Part shown: piece after piece, positions 54,544-64,000 of the stretch
Numbering within the stretch: position 1 is the first letter of the stretch
How the letters are laid out: each line of letters starts with the position of its first letter
Assembly (NCBI GenBank): GCA_963662285.2
Contig: CAXXMV010000006.1
Span: 448,001 to 512,000, forward strand
Length of the DNA: 64,000 nt
Reading direction: 5' to 3'
Source: a bacterium
GTDB lineage: Bacteria > Hinthialibacterota > Hinthialibacteria > Hinthialibacterales > Hinthialibacteraceae
Program-made: the position numbers and the translations under genes
The notes under the pieces: model-generated
Told to the model about the DNA's origin: nothing
The model's database searches: none
The model's input: the letters and a program-made list of their open reading frames with translations, nothing else

Positions 54544-56169
54544 CGGAGTGCTGGCGAATATTGCGCCAAGACCCTGTCCTGGTGAACTAGGATCAAGCTG
54601 GAATGGATTATCTGAATCTGGATCGGTATTAAGGAAAACCGGGGTTTCACGAATTACTGTATCCAGTCCAAGAACCAAGTCTTCATATCCGCAATATAAG
54701 CGGGCGCCTAGAACATTATCTTTGTTGTCAGTTCCATCAATCAAAACATCTTCCCAGACGCGTGAATCCTCATTGGCGATTTCACCGACCAGGCAGTTAT
54801 CAACATTGAGAACCGCGACATCGGAGGTAGCGTTATTGAATGCCGCACACCAAATAGAACTACCGCTGAAATTAGAATAGAGGCCAGTTTCCCAAGCTGG
54901 ATATAATCCATTTTCATCCAGAAATTCGCTGCCTTCGAGGGGCAGGCCTGATTCATCAACCGCAGGAGGAGAATTGTATCCGATGAGATCGAAAATGCTG
55001 TTGGTAACCGTAAGCTTGGTATCTTCCGTACCTCCGCCTGAACCTATCGAGGCGCCGCTTAAGCATTTAATAAAGGTGCAGTGATCCACGGTCATTTGAC
55101 CGGCGTTATGGTTATTCACCCCGCCATAGTAGGCGCGTTGAGCAAATGAACTTCCAGCGTTAACGAAAATGCAATGAGTAACATTGGAGGTGCATGTGTG
55201 TCCGTCTTGCGTCTGGATTGCGATAGCTGAGTTTTCGCCGTCGCCATTATTGCCTTGGTTAGTTCGCGTGAATACGCAGTGATCAGCATTGATGTTGGCG
55301 CCACGGCCTCGCGCAGCGAATTTCCCCATAGCATCGAAACGGCAATAATTGAAATCGAGAGTTAAACTGCCTGGTCCGCTACCACGGTTTGAGGGGAACA
55401 CGCCGGCATCGTATGAATGATGGAAATAGCAATTTTCAAATGTGACGGTAATATCTTCCCCATAAGTGAAATGATCCATGCGGGCAAGAGTTCCGGCTTG
55501 TCCATTCTCATTGCTAAGCAGATAGCCCTGGCTGTCGAGAGACGGTTCCACATCTGCATCAGTAGCCACGCCTGAAAATTCACAATTACGAATGATGCAG
55601 CCATCGCAATTACGTCCGCCTTCTAATGCAGATCCATTAGCGCCTTCTTGAGCGAAGAATACAAGGGTATTGGGATAATTTATCTGACGTTCGGTTCCAG
55701 CAGCCGGGCGGAACAGGCAATTGTCGATAACAACATCATCCGCCATTACGAAAAGCGCTCCGACGCCAACAGAGGTAATGTCCATATCAGGATTGCCTTC
55801 AATGATCAAGTTTGAAAGCACTGAATTGTCAACGAAAAGGCCGAAACCGGCGCCTCTATCCACGTCACCGCGATGGACTTCCAGATAGGCTTTCGCTTCA
55901 CTTGGAGTGATAACAGGACGCGCATCGCCATCTTTGTCAGATGTCAGAGTAACTGCCGCGCCGCCTCTATTATCAGGATCGCCGATTTCAAGATTTTCAA
56001 CATAGGTGCTGCTGTCGGTGATAGTTATAACATCGGCGCCGCTGTCAATCGCCGCTTGAATTGTTGTGTAAGCTCCATTGGCGCCTGATTGATTCACTTC
56101 AACTGAAACCGACCAGCCGCATAATGCGAACACACTAGATAAAACTAATACACACAAAATCTTTTTCAT
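54520..56169 (-). CDS. Secreted right-handed beta-helix protein with a V-x-G-W-x-x-F tail (paralog of 13125..14576)
   Basis: Signal peptide; YTTIQAAID...ITITDSSTYVENL; NCLF/NCEF/NCYF/HCVF/HCTF rungs; FQLDPSSP; ends TPVAGWELF. Confidence 0.8.
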   Translation of the reverse strand: MKKILCVLVLSSVFALCGWSVSVEVNQSGANGAYTTIQAAIDSGADVITITDSSTYVENLEIGDPDNRGGAAVTLTSDKDGDARPVITPSEAKAYLEVHRGDVDRGAGFGLFVDNSVLSNLIIEGNPDMDITSVGVGALFVMADDVVIDNCLFRPAAGTERQINYPNTLVFFAQEGANGSALEGGRNCDGCIIRNCEFSGVATDADVEPSLDSQGYLLSNENGQAGTLARMDHFTYGEDITVTFENCYFHHSYDAGVFPSNRGSGPGSLTLDFNYCRFDAMGKFAARGRGANINADHCVFTRTNQGNNGDGENSAIAIQTQDGHTCTSNVTHCIFVNAGSSFAQRAYYGGVNNHNAGQMTVDHCTFIKCLSGASIGSGGGTEDTKLTVTNSIFDLIGYNSPPAVDESGLPLEGSEFLDENGLYPAWETGLYSNFSGSSIWCAAFNNATSDVAVLNVDNCLVGEIANEDSRVWEDVLIDGTDNKDNVLGARLYCGYEDLVLGLDTVIRETPVFLNTDPDSDNPFQLDPSSPGQGLGAIFASTPVAGWELF

Positions 56170-56325
56170 AATGCTTTCCTTTCATAAAAAATTTTAAAAT
56201 TATACAAAATACTAAAATGTATCATTCTATTTAACATATTAGGTAATGTGATGCTAGAGTGGGTATCTCAAAATGCAGGTTGATTATTTGATCACTAATT
56301 AGAACATTAGAATGAATTATTGCTC

Positions 56326-56439
56326 TTTAGCGGTTAACAAAAATATATGCGCATTGAAAACATTGGATTTGTTAAAAATCCCATCTTTTTGAGACTTTTG
56401 ACAACCGCATTGACGCACGTTATTTTGAGAATCGCTCTA
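56326..56439. mobile_element. MITE-like element, subfamily A, copy 2
   Basis: TGAAAACATTGGATTTGTTA...GACTTTTGACAACCGCATTGACGCACGTTATTTTGAGAATCGCTCTA, colinear with 4452..4563; its end coincides with the TAG stop of the ubiA-like gene. Confidence 0.75.
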
Positions 56440-57300
56440 ATGAAGCAGGAACACATCCAGGCAGGTGAAGAGAAACAGGCCGATGCTGATGATGCCGTTG
56501 ACGTTGAAGAACGCTATGTTTATCCGCTTTATGTCATTGGGGCTTACCAGGGCGTGCTCATAGATTATCAAGGCGCCGAAACCGAGAGCGCCAGTCCAAT
56601 AAAGCCATCCCAATTCACCAATTACGCCAAATAGACCAATCATGATTACACTGAGAATATGGGTAATCAGTGAGACGCGCAATGCGCCGGTTTTACCAAA
56701 TGAAACTACCAGTGAATGCAGTCCAGCGCCCCGGTCGAACTCTTCATCCATCAGGGCGTAGATGACATCGAATCCGGCTACCCAGAACAATACAGCGCAG
56801 GCCAGGATGAGCGGCGCTATAGCAAAGGCGCCGGTCACCGCGATCCATGCGCCGACGGGAGCGATGGCCAGGGCTAAACCCAGCACGAAATGGGATAGTG
56901 ATGTAAAACGCTTGCAGAATGAATATCCACAGATTATCACTAAAGCAACTGGTGAAAGCAGTAAGACTAGAGAATTCAGCTGATAAGCGCCGAAGAAGAA
57001 CACTCCTGATGATAAGAACCATAATCCAACCGCTTCCAGCAGATTAACTGCTCCGCTTGGCAGATGGCGATCCCTGGTTCGTGGATTTTGGGCGTCAATG
57101 CGGCGGTCCACAATACGGTTGAAGGTCATGGCGGAAGTTCTGGCGCCGACCATGCATACCATGATCCAGAGCATAATGCGCCATGAAGGAATTCCCTGAG
57201 CAGCGACCAGAGCGCTCATGAAGGCGAATGGCAGTGCAAAAATAGTATGTGAAAAACGCACTAAGCCGAGATAATTATTAAGACGTTGGATAATCGTCAT
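56437..57300 (-). CDS. mqnP: UbiA-like polyprenyltransferase (MqnP-type, menaquinone futalosine pathway likely)
   Basis: FSHTIFALPFA, ARTSAMTFNRIVDRRIDAQNPRT, YSFCKRFT, GFDVIYA..D.EFD, AFFNVNG. Confidence 0.8.
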   Translation of the reverse strand: MTIIQRLNNYLGLVRFSHTIFALPFAFMSALVAAQGIPSWRIMLWIMVCMVGARTSAMTFNRIVDRRIDAQNPRTRDRHLPSGAVNLLEAVGLWFLSSGVFFFGAYQLNSLVLLLSPVALVIICGYSFCKRFTSLSHFVLGLALAIAPVGAWIAVTGAFAIAPLILACAVLFWVAGFDVIYALMDEEFDRGAGLHSLVVSFGKTGALRVSLITHILSVIMIGLFGVIGELGWLYWTGALGFGALIIYEHALVSPNDIKRINIAFFNVNGIISIGLFLFTCLDVFLLH

Positions 57301-57955
57301 TAGATTCCAGGTGCGTCCTGGTTGAGATCGAATTTATTTCTCCCCAACCGCCTTTTAGTAAACTATCCGATTCGATGCCCAATTGCTGAAGGATGCGTCC
57401 AACCACGAAATTAACCATTTCATCAACCGATTTGGGATGATGGTAAAAACCGGGATTGGCGGGCAGAATAGTTGCTCCCGCCTGAGACAAGGTTAGCATG
57501 TTGTTCAAATGAATAGTGTTGTATGGCGTCTCGCGTGGAACCACAATCAGAGGTCGTCGTTCTTTAAGAGCCACGTCAGCCATACGCACCGCCAGGTTAT
57601 CCGAAGTGCCATGCGCTATGCGTCCCAACGTCCCCATGCTGCAAGGAACCACCGCAACCGCATTTATTCCATACGATCCAGAAGCGGGAGCGGCGCCCAC
57701 ATGAGTATAATGATGGTAAATCACCCACTCAAAGAAACCTTCAGTCAGACCTTTGATATGTCCGGTTTCCAGGTCGATATCAAGGCCCATTTCCATATTG
57801 GCGATATGTTTGGCGTTGGGGCTGATTGTGAGGTGAACCACAATATTTCGGTAAACTAATTCCTGCAGAAGCCGAAAACCATATATGACGCCGCTGGCGC
57901 CAGTGATAGCTAAGCCGATTTTTATGGATTTGGCGGGTTTATTGCTTCGCTCCAT
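57278..57955 (-). CDS. ubiX: Flavin prenyltransferase UbiX
   Basis: AITGASG, ASGS, PCSMGTL, RMADVALKERR.L..VPRETP, PGFYH.P; ATG 57955 preferred over TTG 58018. Confidence 0.92.
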   Translation of the reverse strand: MERSNKPAKSIKIGLAITGASGVIYGFRLLQELVYRNIVVHLTISPNAKHIANMEMGLDIDLETGHIKGLTEGFFEWVIYHHYTHVGAAPASGSYGINAVAVVPCSMGTLGRIAHGTSDNLAVRMADVALKERRPLIVVPRETPYNTIHLNNMLTLSQAGATILPANPGFYHHPKSVDEMVNFVVGRILQQLGIESDSLLKGGWGEINSISTRTHLESNDDYPTS

Positions 57956-58180
57956 AATGTGATAAGTCCTCGATATAAAATAGATAATATAGATTGTAAT
58001 TAGTACTTTTGAAATCAAATAGGGTGATAAATGCGATTTTTCCTGTTATGCATGGTTTTTAAGATGGCTTTTATCGCTGTAATTGACTACAATATATTGA
58101 CTTCAATCAAAAAGCGCTTGCTTGAAGCAGGTTTGTATTGATATCAGTGGAATTGTTCAAAATTCCATCTTTTTTGAATT

Positions 58181-58276
58181 TAGAGCGATTAGAGCGATTA
58201 TCAAAATTATGTTTGTTTATTATTACCTTTGGTCTCCGAAAAAGCCAATCAGAACATAATTATGAAAACCACTCTA
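58181..58276. mobile_element. MITE-like element, subfamily B, copy 2 (shortened; left 9 bp tandemly duplicated)
   Basis: TAGAGCGAT-TAGAGCGATTATCAAAATTATGTT...AACATAATTATGAAAACCACTCTA, imperfect terminal inverted repeats. Confidence 0.7.
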
Positions 58277-58492
58277 AGTAAAAAACATTTCGCCTTAACA
58301 ATAGGCTCTATAGAATTTCATTGGATTGTTTTGTTATAATGTATTTTAGGGCGGTTGCATAAAAAATTTCTTTTTTTCAGGCTTATAAACTAATATATGT
58401 TCGAAAATCTCTCGATTCAGCGTTTATGGCATAAAGATTGAATATATCTTTGAGAACCATACCAGTTGATTGATTTGGATGTTTTAATGGAT

Positions 58493-58554
58493 TGGTAAAA
58501 CTAATAAGTTCATGATCCACGACTGGTAAAAATAATAAGTTCATGATCCACGAC
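58493..58554 (+). repeat. 31-bp tandem duplication spanning a start codon
   Basis: TGGTAAAA(C/A)TAATAAGTTCATGATCCACGAC twice, one mismatch. Confidence 0.85.
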
Positions 58555-59097
58555 AGGGGAAAACAAATACTAGAGGATAATGAACGTGCGCTTCTTCTTT
58601 TATGGTTGCGCATAACAGTTGTGATATGTTTATATCTGGCCTCTATATCTGTCTTGGATGCATTTGTATCGCTTTTTTCGTATTGGGGATTTTTAGCGGG
58701 GCGAATGGATCCCAATATTCATCAGGAATGGTATGGGGAGTTTCAAAAAATTCAACAATCGCCATCTCTCTTTATAATAATGAATTTATATAATATTGTA
58801 ATATGGAATGGCGTAATTGTCTGTTCCATCTGGCTCTTACGTTATCATATATGGTCTCGAAGATTGCTGGGGGCTTTACTAGGTCTGGATATGGTTGTTA
58901 CTGTAATGCATCTCCTATTTAAGGCCTGGAGCGGCGACTTGGCTTTATCGAGTCCCGCATGGTTTATAATAATGAATGCCCTGCAAGTTGCCGCAATTAT
59001 TGTTCTGGCTCATCCCCGGATTATTGAATTGCTCGAACAGTTTGCAGAGCAGAGAAAACAAATATCCGAACCATTAAGACATTCTGATATCCAATGA
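58543..59097 (+). CDS. Four-TM membrane protein, unknown function
   Basis: 184 aa, four hydrophobic segments; probably co-transcribed with 59123. Confidence 0.7.
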   Translation: MIHDRGKQILEDNERALLLLWLRITVVICLYLASISVLDAFVSLFSYWGFLAGRMDPNIHQEWYGEFQKIQQSPSLFIIMNLYNIVIWNGVIVCSIWLLRYHIWSRRLLGALLGLDMVVTVMHLLFKAWSGDLALSSPAWFIIMNALQVAAIIVLAHPRIIELLEQFAEQRKQISEPLRHSDIQ

Positions 59098-59122
59098 GGG
59101 AGAAAGGTGGTTCCCGAATAAT

Positions 59123-61831
59123 ATGGAAACTCGCACCCTTCAAGTGATTCTTGAACATTGCTTTACATCCGCCAGACTTAAACAGATGTTCCCAAATTCG
59201 CCGATGGGTATGAATCTCTATCAATCTGCTGTTAATGAGATTTTGGACGAATCAAATATTGGCTTGGAACTCCTGGGTATACTGGATGATGAATCTTTAC
59301 CTCAAAGGCAAAAGATTCAATCCATGAAAGTCTCTGAACTGCGCAGCAATCTGGCCGTTGAATTTCTTGAACCTGGTCGTACCCTGGGTTTGATTTTGTG
59401 GTCGCTGATGCGTGATGATCGGCTTAGCTCCCGTAACTTGGCGGATCAATTGGCTAAACGCTTTAGCTCGCCTGTTGATGAAAATGATGATAAAACTGGT
59501 GATGAAACTGATGATTCTGTGCAGGAATCTGTTTTTATACAACACTCTGTTGAAGAAAATGAAACGCCATCCTTAACCCTGGATCAACAGATTGCAGAAA
59601 TAGACGAAACCGGCCTGCTTGAATCAGGCAGCGAAGATGATGTTGATGATCTTGATCTCGACTCTTTACTACAAGATATTCAAGATGAAGAGGATATCTC
59701 GGATCAGGATATGGGTGATGATATCGAAGATATCCTGGATGATCCATCTGAGATCGATACGCCGGGAGCGGCGGATTACTCCAAAGACGTTGAAGTTAAT
59801 GATGATTTGTTAGGTGAAGTAGATTCCTTTATTGCTTCGTTGGACGAAGATGAGCCGGATGATGAAACTGAGATAAATCTTGGCGACATTGAGGATGATC
59901 TTGATGCTGAAGCTTTGCTGGAAGATGTCGACTTTGGCGAATCTGATATCCCAGAGGAGGATGCTGAACCGGATGATGAAATAGAGATCGAGTTTGAATT
60001 GGATCAATACCTGGATGATGACAATGAAGAAGACTTTCCTCATATCGAAGCGGGAATCCCGGAAGAAAAAATTGATGAATTGCTCAATGATGATTTTTCT
60101 ATTCCTGAAGATTTAGAATCACAATCCCCGGACGATTTCGTTGAAGAAGATATGGAGGAAGACGATTTTATTATAGATGATGAAATTGAAGAACCTGAAG
60201 TAGTTGAAACTCTTCAAGCAGTTGCAGAAGAACCTGTTTCTCCTCCTGTGCCTACTATTCAACTGGGTGGAATATCGATCTCTCTTCACTCTTTGAAAAG
60301 AGCATGCGAGAACGTATTTAATGAACCAGTGGAACTGGTTACCGATGAGAATCTCACTGTTCAAGACCAAGTTGTGGTTGTCGGACGTCAATGCGGCGTG
60401 CGTATTATGCACGGCCCTACCTGGACTCAACCCATTGAACCCTTCAGAGAAAGCAGCGGCGAATCAATAACTATTAATCCGCAGAGTCTGACTTTCGCTT
60501 TATCACGCGTATATAAAGAATCAGTTGAATTGATCCCGGATAATGATCTCTTGGGGAAAGGCTCTATTTTATTTGCGGGTAAATCTACTGGTTTAACCAT
60601 AATGGAAAACCATCGGGTCGTCGTTCCATTGCCTGAATGGGCTGAAGGATTGGTGAAAACCGACGATGATTCTTCTGAACAAATGGCGCAGGAAATCAGT
60701 CTGTTGCGCAATCAGATTGATGTTTTGGCATCCCGGATCGAGACGCTTGAACAAGCTCCGCCTCCCATGCCAGCCACCGTGGTTGAAACGTCGCCCCAAC
60801 CTGTTGATGAACCGGTTTATGAAGAACCTGATATCGAAGAGCCAATCATTGATGAGCCAGTTGATGAATTGGATATTGATGAAGGAGATGTGTCGCAAGA
60901 ACCCATTTCTATTGATGAGATCGAATCTGAAGAATTAGAGCCGGTTGTCGAGCCGGATTTTGACCTTGATGAACTCGATGAGATAGACATAGCCTCCATC
61001 ACCGAAGATGAAGATGAAGATGAAATTGAAATTGAAGATACTCCCCAGGAAGAGACTGACGAAGAAGACGACCTTGATTTTGGCGATGTGAGTCTTGATG
61101 AATTAAATCTTGACGATATTGCTGGAGATGTAACCGAAACAACCGAAGAATCTATAGAGGATGATATAGGCGATATCTCTGATATTGGAGAGATCGATCT
61201 GAGCGAAATTGCAGAAGACGAAATCGAAGATGAAACCGAAGAAATTAGTGACATTGATGAAATTGATGTTGACTCTCTGCTTGAGACTGAAGACGCAGAT
61301 GAAAGCGAACTCTCTGATGAAGAGATTAACCTTGATGATCTCGACCTCAGCGCTGATTACGAGATAGATGATGATTCTGATGAAGCCGCAGAAATCGGTG
61401 ATGACGAACTGAATCTGGATGATATCGGCCTGGATGCGTCTGAACTTGATGAAGTCGATTTAGGCGGGATTCTGGATGAACTGGATTCTGAAGACGATTC
61501 AGCTGGAGAAGTTGAACCGGTTTTTAACGGCGAAAGTATTCTTCTGCTTGGCGGCGAAGCTAATAACCAGGAAGAATATATGCGGGTGGTCTCAGAACTG
61601 GGTGGAACCTGCGTCTGGCATGCCAACCTCAATGACATGCCTGAGGGAGAGATTGCCGGATTGGTTGAAGGCGCTGATATTGTTATGACCCTGTCATCAG
61701 AAGCAGTCTCCGATCCGGGAATTATGCAAGCGGCCAACTACGCCGAAGAACAAGGCAAGACCTTGATTCAACATCACTCTTCCAGCCCGGTCAGCATCCA
61801 GAAAGAACTGATCAAATCAGTTGAAGGATAA
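59123..61831 (+). CDS. Very acidic low-complexity protein with internal duplicated domain, coiled coil and DUF2325-like C-terminal domain
   Basis: Long D/E-rich tracts with LDDLDL-type repeats; C-terminal ILLLGG...ELGG...GADIV; AAAGGTGG RBS. Confidence 0.75.
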   Translation: METRTLQVILEHCFTSARLKQMFPNSPMGMNLYQSAVNEILDESNIGLELLGILDDESLPQRQKIQSMKVSELRSNLAVEFLEPGRTLGLILWSLMRDDRLSSRNLADQLAKRFSSPVDENDDKTGDETDDSVQESVFIQHSVEENETPSLTLDQQIAEIDETGLLESGSEDDVDDLDLDSLLQDIQDEEDISDQDMGDDIEDILDDPSEIDTPGAADYSKDVEVNDDLLGEVDSFIASLDEDEPDDETEINLGDIEDDLDAEALLEDVDFGESDIPEEDAEPDDEIEIEFELDQYLDDDNEEDFPHIEAGIPEEKIDELLNDDFSIPEDLESQSPDDFVEEDMEEDDFIIDDEIEEPEVVETLQAVAEEPVSPPVPTIQLGGISISLHSLKRACENVFNEPVELVTDENLTVQDQVVVVGRQCGVRIMHGPTWTQPIEPFRESSGESITINPQSLTFALSRVYKESVELIPDNDLLGKGSILFAGKSTGLTIMENHRVVVPLPEWAEGLVKTDDDSSEQMAQEISLLRNQIDVLASRIETLEQAPPPMPATVVETSPQPVDEPVYEEPDIEEPIIDEPVDELDIDEGDVSQEPISIDEIESEELEPVVEPDFDLDELDEIDIASITEDEDEDEIEIEDTPQEETDEEDDLDFGDVSLDELNLDDIAGDVTETTEESIEDDIGDISDIGEIDLSEIAEDEIEDETEEISDIDEIDVDSLLETEDADESELSDEEINLDDLDLSADYEIDDDSDEAAEIGDDELNLDDIGLDASELDEVDLGGILDELDSEDDSAGEVEPVFNGESILLLGGEANNQEEYMRVVSELGGTCVWHANLNDMPEGEIAGLVEGADIVMTLSSEAVSDPGIMQAANYAEEQGKTLIQHHSSSPVSIQKELIKSVEG

Positions 61832-61870
61832 TTATAAATTGTTTTAATAATATGAATCTTGATATAATTA

Positions 61871-61900
61871 AATCAGCCCGAATGCGCCAATGCATTCGGG
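61871..61900. terminator. Bidirectional terminator hairpin
   Basis: AATCAGCCCGAATGC-GCCAAT-GCATTCGGGCTGATT, perfect 15-bp stem between converging transcripts. Confidence 0.75.
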
Positions 61901-61968
61901 CTGATTATTTGACAAATTACAATAAGTTGATCGATATATTTTTACGTAAGTCTTGAGTTTAGAGAAAA

Positions 61969-62042
61969 CTGGGACGGCAGGACTCGAACCTGCAAACTCC
62001 TGAACCAAAATCAGGTGACTGTACCAATTCGTCTACGTCCCA
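61969..62042 (-). tRNA. tRNA-Gln (anticodon TTG), CCA not encoded
   Basis: TGGGACG/CGTCCCA acceptor stem, D-loop AATTGGTA, anticodon arm CCTGA-TTTTGGT-TCAGG, T-arm GCAGG-TTCGAGT-CCTGC. Confidence 0.95.
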
Positions 62043-62236
62043 TTGATTGGATAGGTATTTTATTTCTATTCCCTTTGGTGTCAATGCCCCAATAAGCAAT
62101 CTAGAGCCAAAATTTAACTATTCTATATCTTCGACTCAAGATCACTTTTGTCCAGTGCATTCAAGACCTATACTACTCTCGATTCCTATTAGTTTATAAT
62201 ATAAGTATAGGACATATATCTGAGGAGTTTATTCTT

Positions 62237-62602
62237 ATGAGAACCTTGATTTTAACCAGTTTAACATTAATGGCTGCACAGGCCTTCGCACAGGATGCGC
62301 CCGCCGGAACTACTACTACTCCCGATCCGATGGCGGGCATCGGTAATATGATGCTCTTGATGGGCAGCATTTTCGCTATCTTCTATTTTCTGCTGATTCG
62401 TCCCCAACAGAAACAGCGTCAAAAGCAGGAAGAGCGTATCAACCAGTTGAAAAAAGGCGATAAAGTTGTCTGTGGAGGAGGAATCTTCGGTTCGATTATC
62501 GGCGTTAAAGACGAAAAAGCATATATCAAAATTGCTGAGAATGTTAAAATTGAAGTCCTCAAATCCACTATTACCCATATCGTTGGTGAGGAAGAAAATT
62601 AA
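62237..62602 (+). CDS. yajC: Preprotein translocase subunit YajC
   Basis: IFYFLLIRPQQKQ, LKKGDKVV..GGIFG, IAENVKIEV.K..I; GAGGAG RBS. Confidence 0.95.
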   Translation: MRTLILTSLTLMAAQAFAQDAPAGTTTTPDPMAGIGNMMLLMGSIFAIFYFLLIRPQQKQRQKQEERINQLKKGDKVVCGGGIFGSIIGVKDEKAYIKIAENVKIEVLKSTITHIVGEEEN

Positions 62603-64000
62603 TGTTTAGAATCTCTGGCGCTAAATTTGGTATGATTTATATCGGCATCTTGTTAATTGCATGCAGTCAATTGGCGGCTCAGCCCTTGCTGACGACCTGG
62701 TCAGCTGACGATCTGGCGCAGATTGAATCATTCTCCGCCAACCAAAAGCGCTTGGGAACTCATTATTTCTATTGGTATGATTACCCCAATCAACATTTCT
62801 TCGATAATGCAGCGCGCACCGATGATGCTTTGCAGGATCATTTCCCCGATGCCGAATCGGTCAGTTTCCGTTCGGTCGATTGGCACGCGCAACAGCTGGC
62901 TGATTGCGCAGCCGCCGGGATTGATTTTATCCTGCCGGTCTATTGGGGAGTGGTTGATAACTACTTGAAACCTAACGTGTCCTTCAGCGTACAAGGCCTT
63001 GAACCTCTGCAAAAATCTATCGCTGGACGGTCTGAACAGGGCGAAAAATCGCCCAAAATCGGACTGTTCTACGATACATCAACCCTGCTGCCCGGCATAC
63101 GCGGCGATAATCAGAGTGAAAAATACGACCTGCGCTCCGCTAAAGGCAAGGACATCTTCTACCGCACCATCAGCGACTTCTTCTATCAAATCCATCCCAA
63201 ACACTGGGCGGCGATTGATGGCAAGCCTATTGTGGTATTGTATGGCAGCGGCTTCGCCAAGAATCACGATCAAAGCACGGTTGATTATGTCTATCAACAG
63301 TTCGCCAAGGATTTCCACGGTATAAAGCCATACATCATCAAGGACAGTTCCTGGGGCTTTCAATGCGATGCTACAACCCAATGGGGCGCAGCGCTCCAAG
63401 GGCCTAATATATTCGGCAAAGTCGCCCAAGTCGGGCCGGGCTACAATGACGGCGCAGTTCCGGGACGCACCACCCCCATCCGCGACCGGGAGAATGGCAA
63501 TTACTACCGCTTCGGTTGGAACAAGATTCTGAACTCTGACATCAATCTGGTTCTTGTCGAAACCTGGAACGAAATGCACGAGGGAACCGACATCTGCGCC
63601 TCACGCGAATTCGGGCGCCAATACATTGATATTACCCGCAATTACGTTGACCTATGGAAGAGCGGCGCCAAGGGAGGGGAAGATATAGTTCTCGAACATC
63701 CCGATCTGCTGCCCCATCCTCCATCAGATAAAGGCAGCGAGTACCGCAACGCAAACCAGGTCAGTTTCAGCGCCGCTAGTTCGGAGGGAATCTATCTGAT
63801 AAGCGGCAATGAGGATGGCCCCACCCAAAACGCTGAGTTAGGCGGCGCCCAATGCATCCGCACTCCAGAAGCCCGCAATACCTACATCTATTTTGCGGTG
63901 GCCGATCCATTTTATTTTGATTTAAGTGAACCGTTGCTTCTGGAATATACCGTTTGGGATGATGGACACGACTGGCATGTGGCGCAGTATGATTCCCATG
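62602..64000 (+). CDS. Secreted DUF5010 / GH99-like TIM-barrel protein, 3' end outside window
   Basis: Not in the ORF track. ATG overlaps the yajC stop; reads MFRISGAKFGMIYIGILLIACSQLAAQ...GTHYFYWY...AGIDFILPVYWG...KIGLFYDT...VGPGYND...LVETWNEMHEGTDI and stays open to the edge. Confidence 0.8.
   Translation, partial: MFRISGAKFGMIYIGILLIACSQLAAQPLLTTWSADDLAQIESFSANQKRLGTHYFYWYDYPNQHFFDNAARTDDALQDHFPDAESVSFRSVDWHAQQLADCAAAGIDFILPVYWGVVDNYLKPNVSFSVQGLEPLQKSIAGRSEQGEKSPKIGLFYDTSTLLPGIRGDNQSEKYDLRSAKGKDIFYRTISDFFYQIHPKHWAAIDGKPIVVLYGSGFAKNHDQSTVDYVYQQFAKDFHGIKPYIIKDSSWGFQCDATTQWGAALQGPNIFGKVAQVGPGYNDGAVPGRTTPIRDRENGNYYRFGWNKILNSDINLVLVETWNEMHEGTDICASREFGRQYIDITRNYVDLWKSGAKGGEDIVLEHPDLLPHPPSDKGSEYRNANQVSFSAASSEGIYLISGNEDGPTQNAELGGAQCIRTPEARNTYIYFAVADPFYFDLSEPLLLEYTVWDDGHDWHVAQYDSH

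Noticed and set aside
56347-56634. 95-aa + strand ORF
   Set aside because: Starts inside the MITE and continues antisense to the ubiA-like gene.
60817-61737. Ser-rich minus-strand ORFs (145 and 126 aa)
   Set aside because: Antisense shadows of the GAT/GAA-rich acidic gene.
61969-62042. tRNA-Gln as an integration site
   Set aside because: No integrase and no duplicated tRNA 3' end seen in the window.
62723-63579. Listed short ORFs after yajC
   Set aside because: Off-frame or antisense to the long ORF starting at 62602 that runs off the window.

Overview
Bacterial chromosomal window of moderate GC. The gene repertoire (Tat-exported Gfo/Idh/MocA oxidoreductases, HzsA-like and PQQ-propeller proteins, orphan prepilin-type genes, many secreted carbohydrate-active proteins) resembles PVC-like or candidate-phylum heterotrophs such as Ca. 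Hinthialibacteria/OLB16; this taxonomy is inference only. It holds secreted carbohydrate-binding and carbohydrate-active enzymes (tandem CBM9-like, GH16, two beta-helix proteins, a double esterase-malectin, a GH43-GH51 fusion, a partial DUF5010/GH99-like gene), a DUF4258 toxin-antitoxin-like pair, an AT-rich chemotaxis block (cheR, cheB, cheW, cheA, two MCPs, cheX-like, cheY), amtB-glnK behind a sigma54 promoter, two glycosyltransferases, ubiA-like/ubiX, a very acidic DUF2325-like protein, tRNA-Gln(UUG) and yajC. The most striking signal is that four dispersed, acidic, signal-peptide proteins from three unrelated fold types end in the same 7-residue tail V-x-[DG]-W-x-x-[YF]-stop, which looks like a C-terminal sorting or anchoring signal. 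Two orphan type IV prepilin-like paralogs with a conserved scaffold and variable core also occur. Non-coding findings include a ~110-bp TA-bounded MITE family, two REP-like hairpin families, an internally deleted IS1634-like element, a G8 frameshift and several gene remnants. No CRISPR array or rRNA was seen.
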